From a virus: a stretch of 45,531 nucleotides of DNA. Under the pieces are notes generated by a model, which was not told the DNA's origin, did no database searches, and was given only the letters and a program-made list of their open reading frames with translations. The position numbers and the translations under genes were made by a program. Positions 25,487 through 32,390 of the stretch are shown here, one piece after another (positions within the stretch are counted from its first letter, which is position 1; each line of letters starts with the position of its first letter). The stretch lies in IMG/VR virus record IMGVR_UViG_3300021440_000007, positions 1-45,531 of that record; one strand, written 5' to 3'.

Positions 25487-26205
25487 CCAAGTATGTTACC
25501 CCTAAGGTTGCCCAACTCCACCGGTATCAAATGGACCGCCGGGCTCGGTTGGGCTCGGCCGAGTTCAAGACCGTGGCGGGGGTCCGCAACCCGGACGAAA
25601 AGCCTACACAACCCGGGGTGTATGAAGAGTTCATCCATGATGAATCGATCTTCCTCGATTACACCGCGTGCAAAACGTGCGGCTACTTGATGTGTGGCTG
25701 TAAGCCCAAGCTCGGAGTCCTTCGGGCCCAGCTTCTAAAGGAAGCCTCCCAGTGGATAAACGAGTCTTTGCAGTTTCCGGAGGAGGGCTTCAAAGACCAG
25801 TTGGAGGCTTACCTGGGCCTGGATTTCTCTAGGCTGGCCCTAGGACCTTCCGCCTACAGGATGGCTAGCCCAGGGTATCAAATCAAAGATCTAAAGTTGG
25901 AGGGTAAGACCTTCCTCCCCGTACTAAGCACCACCCGGGATATTGAACGCCACGTAACCCGGTGGGTAACGGACGCAATGACCCCAGGTGGGGATTATGT
26001 GGTCCAGAGCCGGGAGAGTCTGTGGCAAGCGGCTTACGCTTTGAAGGCCGAGCTACGTCAAATGTTACCCGCGGTCCTTTCCGTAGAGGTGGAGCTACCC
26101 CGCCGGGAAGACGATCTAACGTTCTTCAAGATCCTCATACGTGGCGTGGAGCTTGTTGAAATGGTGGTGTCCGTGCCCCGCACCTACTACGGTAGGGCCT
26201 TTTGA
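25483..26205 (+). CDS. Hypothetical replication-module protein
   Basis: Start MTKYV... is ATGA-coupled to the previous stop. 240 aa. Contains CKTCGYLMCGC. Confidence 0.55.
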   Translation: MTKYVTPKVAQLHRYQMDRRARLGSAEFKTVAGVRNPDEKPTQPGVYEEFIHDESIFLDYTACKTCGYLMCGCKPKLGVLRAQLLKEASQWINESLQFPEEGFKDQLEAYLGLDFSRLALGPSAYRMASPGYQIKDLKLEGKTFLPVLSTTRDIERHVTRWVTDAMTPGGDYVVQSRESLWQAAYALKAELRQMLPAVLSVEVELPRREDDLTFFKILIRGVELVEMVVSVPRTYYGRAF

Positions 26206-28175
26206 CAACCTGGGCCGAAGTCCAAGCTATGAGCTGGGGCCAGGTTGCGGAGAACCCCGCCGCCGCGGCCTTGAGGATTGCCGGGGGTCAAGTAGACCTG
26301 GACCCCCCGCTCCTCCCAGCTCCGGCTACTACCCCCGAGCTTTCCGCGTCCCAATGGAAGACCTATTCAGAGTGTGCCCGTAAGTGGGCTTGGAAGTACC
26401 TCCATGGCTTGCCCGACCCTTCGGGGATATCCGCCCAGGTGGGGCTCCGGGTCCACAAGATCCTGGAGGATTATCTAAAGACCGGAGCCCCCATCAACGG
26501 CCTTGAGGTGTTGGAGCTACTAGACCCCCGTACCCAACGGATGGTCCGGTATCTCCCGGGCCAGGTGGCCCAAGCCACCACCCATCTATTACCCCCGCCC
26601 GGCTTTGCAATCGTGGAGGAGGGTTTTACTTACCAGACTGACGCCACCAAGTGGCGCGGGTTCATGGATGTCCAAGGGCTTATCCGAACTCCCGAGCCCG
26701 GAGGCCCTATCCTCTGGCTCCCGTCTACCCACCCGGTTGTGGATGCGGTAGAGGCGGCCGTCCTAGATCACAAGGCAACGAGTGACCTAAAGTGGGCCAA
26801 GACCCAACAAGATCTCCGTGAGGATATCCAAGCGAACATATACGCGGGGGTAACTATGCAAAGGTTCGGGAAGTCCCGGGCCTACTTGCAATGGAACTAT
26901 GTCACAATGCGGGGCCGTTCCCAGTCTCGCCCCACCTCGATTTGGAGAACCAAGACGGAGGTAGAGGAGTTCATGGGTACCGTAGCCGATCCAGTGGCCC
27001 GGCAGATCCAACAACTGTACAAGCTCCGGCCCAAAGCCAAGGAGCTACCGGCCAATACGGCCGCGTGTGAGAGCTACGGTGGTTGCCCATTCCGGGCCCA
27101 CTGCAATCTAGGTATGAAAGAACGGATGGAGGCTCAAGTGGCTAAGGAAACAATCGACGAAATCATCGCACGGAAGAAAGCGGCCCGGGGACAGTTGGAG
27201 AACTCTGGGGCTCCCCTACTCCCGGGGGTAACAGTACCTCCCCAAGCGCCGGTCCAAGCCCAAGCGCCGGTCCAAGCCCAAGCGCCGGTCCAAGCCCAAG
27301 CGCCGGCCCTTCCCCAGCTCCCTCCGTTGCCTCCAGCGCTCCCAACCCAGCCGGTGGGGTATTGGAAGCCGGGAGACCCGGAGAACCCCGCCCAGGCTTA
27401 CCTCCGGGGCCAGGGGAAACCCCTCTCCGTGATCGCAAGTGCGGCAGACATGCCACCCCCGGACCACATCCGGCTGGCCTACGATGCTGGAGGTATGACG
27501 GAGCGGGGCATCATCAACCCACCAGAAGCTCCAGCCGCGGCCCCTCCGAGCCCCGCGTATATGCCCCCGGTCCCCCAAGCTCCGGCCCAGGCTCCAGTGC
27601 TCCCAGCCCCCGCTCCAGTGGCCTCGGTTCAACAAATGGCCCCAGGGGCGGGAGACAACCTGGACGCGCTCACACGGGACCAACTCAAGGACGTGGCCGT
27701 GGCCCGTGGTCTTATGACCACATCATCCCGTCACGGAGCGGACGCAATCAAGGATATGTTACGCAAGTCCGGGGTTACCCACGTGGAGGGTTTCCCCTCT
27801 CCGGCCGCTCCGACCATTCCAACCCAAGCTCCAGCCCTCCCGGCTCCGGCTCCGATCCGGTTCCAAACACCTCAAGTTGGTTCCGTGGGTTTCGTGCTCC
27901 ACATCAACTGTAGGTCCACCCCACCCAAGTCCTTGGAGGTGGTGGAGTCCATCGATCTGATTACCTCCGCCGTGGAGAAGCTCCGAGAGGATGGAGTCCA
28001 GGACTACCGCTTGGTGGAGTACGGTAAGGGCCCTGCCATGCTGTGCGCTCTGGTGGAGGATTACGTCCTGGCCCTCTCCCCGGACGTGGTGATCTTGGAC
28101 GCACATACCCCCGAGGGCCTGTGTATCCAGTCCACCTTGGAACGGCTGGCCGCGGCCGTGATCCGGGGCTTCTAG
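26202..28175 (+). CDS. Cas4/RecB-like PD-(D/E)XK Fe-S nuclease fused to a Pro-rich linker, a HeH/SAP-like motif and an unknown C-domain
   Basis: 657 aa. Contains SASQWKTYSECARKWAWKY, VLDHKAT (D-x-K), QANIYA and CESYGGCPFRAHC, i.e. 1+3 Cys as in Cas4/AddB clusters. Then (QAPVQA)n, LDALTRDQLKDVAVARGL, and a roughly 110-aa C-terminal domain. The start is uncertain: TTG at 26202 or ATG at 26229. Confidence 0.65.
   Translation: MTTWAEVQAMSWGQVAENPAAAALRIAGGQVDLDPPLLPAPATTPELSASQWKTYSECARKWAWKYLHGLPDPSGISAQVGLRVHKILEDYLKTGAPINGLEVLELLDPRTQRMVRYLPGQVAQATTHLLPPPGFAIVEEGFTYQTDATKWRGFMDVQGLIRTPEPGGPILWLPSTHPVVDAVEAAVLDHKATSDLKWAKTQQDLREDIQANIYAGVTMQRFGKSRAYLQWNYVTMRGRSQSRPTSIWRTKTEVEEFMGTVADPVARQIQQLYKLRPKAKELPANTAACESYGGCPFRAHCNLGMKERMEAQVAKETIDEIIARKKAARGQLENSGAPLLPGVTVPPQAPVQAQAPVQAQAPVQAQAPALPQLPPLPPALPTQPVGYWKPGDPENPAQAYLRGQGKPLSVIASAADMPPPDHIRLAYDAGGMTERGIINPPEAPAAAPPSPAYMPPVPQAPAQAPVLPAPAPVASVQQMAPGAGDNLDALTRDQLKDVAVARGLMTTSSRHGADAIKDMLRKSGVTHVEGFPSPAAPTIPTQAPALPAPAPIRFQTPQVGSVGFVLHINCRSTPPKSLEVVESIDLITSAVEKLREDGVQDYRLVEYGKGPAMLCALVEDYVLALSPDVVILDAHTPEGLCIQSTLERLAAAVIRGF
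27243..27306. repeat. Perfect 18-bp tandem repeat (about 3.5 copies) inside the nuclease gene
   Basis: caagcgccggtccaagcc occurs three times plus caagcgccgg, read directly. It encodes QAPVQAQAPVQAQAPVQAQAP. Confidence 0.9.
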
Positions 28176-28179
28176 TCCC

Positions 28180-30084
28180 ATGGCCTTGTCCGCTATAGAG
28201 CAAGTGCTCCAGGCCACCGGCTTGACGCTGGAGCAACTACGCGCGGACTCGGAGGAAAAGGTAGGACCGAAAGCCGGAAACAAAGTCCTAGAGGTTCCGA
28301 ACTCCTCGGAGTTGCGCCGGATAATCGGGCTCCCCCGGCGGAGTTCGGACCTTGTGGACTACTTGGTGAAGGAGCTAACCGCGGCCTTATCCACCCCGTG
28401 GGGCCAACAAACTCTCCGGCCCATCCAAGCCCGGGCCCTAGCGGAGATCCACCAGTGTGGGGGGCTCTTGGCCCCCATCGTAGTGGGCGGGGGTAAGACC
28501 CTGATCACGTACTTGATCCCCGAGATCTTGGACGCCAAACGGCCGATCCTCTTAGTCCCGGCAAAGCTCAAGGAGAAGACCCGGAGAGACTTCCGGACGT
28601 TGGCCTACCACTGGGTAGGGCCCCACCCCGATGGGTTCCGGATAGAGTCCTATGAACTCCTAAGCCGGGTTAGTGCGGGGAACCAATACGACAAAGCCGG
28701 AAACCTGATCCAACCGGGGTTCCTGGAGCGCTACCGGCCGGATGTGATCATCCTGGATGAAGGCCACAAAGCCAAGAACCAAAAGGCCGCGGTTACCCGG
28801 CGCTTGAACCGGTACCTAAGAGAGAACCCAGGAACAAAAATAATCAGCATGTCCGGGACTTTCATCAACCGGAGCCTAAAGGACGTGGGCCATATCTCGG
28901 ACTGGTGTCTCCGGGAGTTGTCACCTTACCCCCGGGTTCCGAGCATCCTAGATGATTGGGCGGATGCCATTGATGAAAAGGTCAACCCGATCAAAAGGCT
29001 CCAGCCCGGGGCTTTGGTCGAACTCTGTACAACCCCCGAAGAACTCCAGGCCATCAAGGTGGGAGGCTCGGAGGGGCTTTCCAATCTGCGCAAAGTCTTC
29101 CAGCGTAGAATGATTGATACCCCCGGGGTAGTGGGTACGGTCGGAGGCCGGGAGCAAGTAGACGCATCCATTACCATGGGAGGGATCGCGGGAGTCTACC
29201 AGGACAAGATCATGGAGCCCCACTTCAAGAAGCTCCGACAGTTTATCCTCCCGGATGGTACAGACCTCCCCGACGGGATTTCCATTTGGCGCCATGCCTT
29301 AGAAATGGGGTTGGGGTTCTATTACACGTGGGACCCACAACCCCCGATCGAATGGATGCGAGCCCGTAGCGAATGGGCGGGGTATTGCCGCGAGGTCTTG
29401 AAGCACAACAAGCGGGGGCTAGACACGGCCCACCAAGTGGCCCTGGCTGTGGACCAAGGGCTTTACAACGATGAAGGCCGTTTAGCAGAATGGCGGAGAC
29501 TAAGCCCCACGTTCAAGATCAAGCCTAAGGCTGTGTTCTTGACGGAGGAAGTGATGGAGGTAACCGGCCGGTGGTTGAACGATAACCGGGGGATTATCTG
29601 GGTCAAACACGTGGAGCTAGGGAACGAACTCTCTCGCCGGATGGACTTAGAATACTATGGCCGGGAGGGATACAATACCAAGGGGGTATATATAGAGGAC
29701 CATCCCCAGGGGTATCCTTTGATTGCCTCCGCTCCATCGAACTCGGAAGGCCGAAACCTACAGTACAAGTGGCACCAAAACCTTATCCTCTCCGCGGACT
29801 ACAACGGTAAGGCCATGGAGCAACTTACCGGCCGCACGCACCGGCCCGGACAACCGGAGGAGGAGGTTACGTTCGATTTCTATTACGGGTGTGGGGAGGC
29901 TATTGCGGGAGTCCACCAGGCCCGCCGGGACGCGCGAATGGAAATGGACGTAACCGGCCAGGACCAAAAAATGGCTTACGCCGATTGGTTGGACTTCCCG
30001 ACGCTGGTAGATAACCCCGGCGGAGGCTACTACCGGTGGCTTACGGGGAAGCTCACGGAAGAAAATGAGCGGAGGGAACTTTAG
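28180..30084 (+). CDS. SNF2/DEAD-like superfamily 2 helicase
   Basis: 634 aa. Motif I VVGGGKTLI, motif II IILDEGHKAKN, motif III MSGTF, motif VI LTGRTHRPGQ. Confidence 0.75.
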   Translation: MALSAIEQVLQATGLTLEQLRADSEEKVGPKAGNKVLEVPNSSELRRIIGLPRRSSDLVDYLVKELTAALSTPWGQQTLRPIQARALAEIHQCGGLLAPIVVGGGKTLITYLIPEILDAKRPILLVPAKLKEKTRRDFRTLAYHWVGPHPDGFRIESYELLSRVSAGNQYDKAGNLIQPGFLERYRPDVIILDEGHKAKNQKAAVTRRLNRYLRENPGTKIISMSGTFINRSLKDVGHISDWCLRELSPYPRVPSILDDWADAIDEKVNPIKRLQPGALVELCTTPEELQAIKVGGSEGLSNLRKVFQRRMIDTPGVVGTVGGREQVDASITMGGIAGVYQDKIMEPHFKKLRQFILPDGTDLPDGISIWRHALEMGLGFYYTWDPQPPIEWMRARSEWAGYCREVLKHNKRGLDTAHQVALAVDQGLYNDEGRLAEWRRLSPTFKIKPKAVFLTEEVMEVTGRWLNDNRGIIWVKHVELGNELSRRMDLEYYGREGYNTKGVYIEDHPQGYPLIASAPSNSEGRNLQYKWHQNLILSADYNGKAMEQLTGRTHRPGQPEEEVTFDFYYGCGEAIAGVHQARRDARMEMDVTGQDQKMAYADWLDFPTLVDNPGGGYYRWLTGKLTEENERREL

Positions 30085-30178
30085 CCCCTTGACACGGGTT
30101 TTTCCCTCCTACATGCTGGGGGCTCAAAAGAAAAGCTCCGGGGATTCCCCGGACATAAACTGGGGAGAGTAACAGACC

Positions 30179-30895
30179 ATGGCCAAGACAAAGACCAAGA
30201 AGAACCGCAAGGGTAAGAAGAAGGCCGCCAAGCGGGCCGCCAAGAAGACCGGCCCGAAGAAGACCCAAGCCCTGGCCCGTGGTGGTATGTTCCAGGTGGT
30301 CAAGTTCGTGGCCAGCCGTTCCAAGGCCCAGCTCCCCGAGGTGATCAAGAAGTTTGGAGCGTGTGAATCCACCACGGACAACTGGCTCCGTAATGCCACC
30401 CTGAAGGGGCTCCTGGACCGCTACACTCCACCCCCGGGCACCTTTGCCGGTAAGCGGGGGCCGGGTAAGCTCGGCCGGCCCGCAAGTGACTACACTGTGA
30501 CGGCTAAGGGCCGCAAGGCAATCAAGGCCGGTCCTAAGTCCTCCTTCTTCGATGCGCGCAGGGTCCGGGATGATGTGCGGGCTTTGCGGGAGGAAGCGGA
30601 AGCCCAGGTGGAGAAGAAGCGCCAAGAAACCAAGGAGGCTAAGGCCACCAAGAAGACCAAGCGCGCGGAGGCTACCGAGGAGGAGACCCAGGCCAAGAAG
30701 GCCGCACGCGATCACAAGTTTGGGAAGAAGGTCCGCAAGGGCCCGAAGGCCAAGCCCGTGGTAACTCCCGCTCCGGATGCGGAGAAGCTCGCCAAACAAA
30801 AGGAAGCCAAGGCCAAGCGGGACGCGCGGTACCGTGAGAAGCTCAAGGCCCAACGTGCGGCCGGGGTGGCGGTTGCTGACGCTAAGTCCCTCTAA
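30179..30895 (+). CDS. Lysine/alanine-rich DNA-binding protein with linker-histone-like architecture (basic tail, winged-helix-like core, basic tail)
   Basis: 238 aa. N-tail MAKTKTKKNRKGKKKAAKRAAKKTGPKK. Core FQVVKFVASRSKAQLPEVIKKFGACESTTDNWLRNATLKGLLDR...YTVTAKGRKAIKAG. The C-tail is rich in K, A and E (EKKRQETKEAKATKKTKRAE...AKQKEAKAKRDARYREKLKA). Confidence 0.6.
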   Translation: MAKTKTKKNRKGKKKAAKRAAKKTGPKKTQALARGGMFQVVKFVASRSKAQLPEVIKKFGACESTTDNWLRNATLKGLLDRYTPPPGTFAGKRGPGKLGRPASDYTVTAKGRKAIKAGPKSSFFDARRVRDDVRALREEAEAQVEKKRQETKEAKATKKTKRAEATEEETQAKKAARDHKFGKKVRKGPKAKPVVTPAPDAEKLAKQKEAKAKRDARYREKLKAQRAAGVAVADAKSL

Positions 30896-30901
30896 AACTT
30901 A

Positions 30902-31001
30902 CCCCCGTCCCTAAAGACACAGACACACCACAAGCCCGATGGACGGGGGCTTAGGGACTTGGGTGGGGGCCCGCTCATTACTTGAGCCCCACCCAAGTCC
31001 C
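30902..31001 (+). promoter_or_regulatory. Two consecutive strong hairpins downstream of the H1-like gene
   Basis: cccccgtcc (30902-30910) pairs with ggacggggg (30941-30949). gggacttgggtgggg (30954-30968) pairs perfectly over 15 bp with ccccacccaagtccc (30987-31001). No U-tract follows, so this is not a canonical terminator. Confidence 0.45.
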
Positions 31002-31056
31002 CTCTTAGACAGAACGACACAGACCCTAAGACAGACAATCCACAGGAGTAAGACAC

Positions 31057-31914
31057 ATGGGATGGTACGATCGGATCGGCAACGTCAAGGTAAACAACAA
31101 CGGACAAAGCTTGGGGATCGGAGATTATGTTCTCTTGATCTGTAAGCAGAAAGAACACCGGAGCACGGTCCCGGGGAAGGCCGGAACCTTCTTCATTACG
31201 GAGTATCAGGTCTTGCAATCGACCAACCCCGCACACCCCCAGGGATCGAAGGGGGCCCGTGTGGTGCGCTTGGATGGCCGGTTCCCAGACTCGGCCTTGG
31301 CGGACGTGAAAGCGGAGATCGCCGCCGCTTGCGGTCTGGAGCCCACGGGCCCGGAAGCGGACGCACAGATTACCCCCGCCGTGGCAGACTCGGCCACGCA
31401 TGTTACCCAACCATTCGCGGGGGTAGTGGTTATGGCCAGTGTCCACTCCAAGCCACCGGGCCCGAACTCCGCTCCGGGAGCCAAGCCGTTCAACAAGTTT
31501 ACATACCACCCAGTCCTGGAAAATGGCGTGGTCAAGCGGCTACCGGTCCCCGCGGGGATGCGGCTCTCCGATGAAGCCCAAGGCCAGGGAGGTCTCCCGA
31601 GCCACCAACCCCAAGGCTATGGAGTTCCGGCCGCCCCAGCTCCGAACGGCTACGGACCCCAAGGAGGCTGGCAACCTCCGGCCACGGCATACTTCGGGGC
31701 CACACCACAAGCTCCAGGATACGCTCCTCCGGTTGGGGCTCCTGGAGGGTACCCACAAGCTCCGGTGGCCTCACAGCCTCCGGCATTCCCTCCCATGGGT
31801 TGGGTAGCCCACCCCCAGAGCCCGATCCACTTTTGGAAGCCGGCACTAGGGGGAAGCTCCCCCGCGTTGACGGAAGCCGAACTCCGCGCAGCCATGGCGG
31901 CGGGCCGAGCTTGA
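31057..31914 (+). CDS. Hypothetical protein with a Pro/Gly/Tyr/Gln-rich low-complexity C-half
   Basis: 285 aa with GGAG 7 nt upstream. The N-domain is probably beta-rich. The C-half reads GYGVPAAPAPNGYGPQGGWQPPATAYFGATPQAPGYAPPVGAPGGYPQAPV. Confidence 0.6.
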   Translation: MGWYDRIGNVKVNNNGQSLGIGDYVLLICKQKEHRSTVPGKAGTFFITEYQVLQSTNPAHPQGSKGARVVRLDGRFPDSALADVKAEIAAACGLEPTGPEADAQITPAVADSATHVTQPFAGVVVMASVHSKPPGPNSAPGAKPFNKFTYHPVLENGVVKRLPVPAGMRLSDEAQGQGGLPSHQPQGYGVPAAPAPNGYGPQGGWQPPATAYFGATPQAPGYAPPVGAPGGYPQAPVASQPPAFPPMGWVAHPQSPIHFWKPALGGSSPALTEAELRAAMAAGRA

Positions 31915-32171
31915 TCCTCTCCCTGCTAGCACTGTTAGGCGTGTTGGTCTTACTCCTTTGGACCGATGCTCCCAGCCAGTGCGACAACATTAGCGAACCT
32001 CCACGGGGTGAGGTTTGTAGGTCGGAATGGTTCCGACCGGCCCAGGGCGTAGGTCCTCGGGTTCTATATGCCAGCAGATACTACCGATGTGGGGGCATTC
32101 GGGATCGCCATAGCGCGCGGGTAATGCCCGCGTACCACCCCGATAAACAAAGGTGCGGGCTCTCCCGATAA
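31911..32171 (+). CDS. Possible small membrane/secreted Cys-containing protein (TTG start)
   Basis: In-frame tail of ORF 31800-32171. TTG overlaps the upstream TGA (TTGA). The N-terminus ILSLLALLGVLVLLLW is followed by four Cys. Several codons are rare for this genome, so it may be non-coding. Confidence 0.25.
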   Translation: MILSLLALLGVLVLLLWTDAPSQCDNISEPPRGEVCRSEWFRPAQGVGPRVLYASRYYRCGGIRDRHSARVMPAYHPDKQRCGLSR

Positions 32172-32277
32172 CGTGAGAGCTAAAGGGGAGCCCGCACCCT
32201 CTAAGAAGCCTAGGGGTAACGATCTAGACGGGGCGGCCCAGGACGTGGGTTTGCCTACTCCTAGGCTTCTTAGAGGG
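32152..32277 (+). promoter_or_regulatory. Two abutting inverted repeats upstream of polA
   Basis: ggtgcgggctctcc (32152-32165) pairs with ggggagcccgcacc (32186-32199). A perfect 18-bp inverted repeat, ccctctaagaagcctagg (32197-32214) / cctaggcttcttagaggg (32260-32277), has a 45-nt spacer. Confidence 0.5.
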
Positions 32278-32390
32278 TTCTGCGGTACGTAAAGGCGTGT
32301 CGAGCTTGGGAGGTTTGTCTCCCTGTAAGTCTCGGGGTTCTATCCCCCAAGCCGTAGTCCCCTCTCAAACCCAACCCCGGGGATAAGTCC

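Noticed and set aside
30089-30094. A perfect TTGACA hexamer upstream of the H1-like gene as a sigma70 promoter.
   Set aside because: No acceptable -10 lies at 16-18 nt (CATGCT/TACATG at best). The host sigma specificity is unknown, so I did not call it.
30053-30853. 266-aa minus-strand ORF opposite the H1-like gene.
   Set aside because: It is the mirror image of a Lys/Ala/Glu low-complexity gene, read as Leu/Gly/Phe-rich antisense. It lies inside the unidirectional plus-strand arm and has no Shine-Dalgarno sequence.
31915-32390. A search for tRNA genes in this gap and in 21166-22177.
   Set aside because: I found no cloverleaf: no 7-bp acceptor pairing and no GTTCRANNC T-loop in the right geometry. 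The hairpins present do not fit tRNA dimensions. tRNAscan-SE or ARAGORN should confirm.
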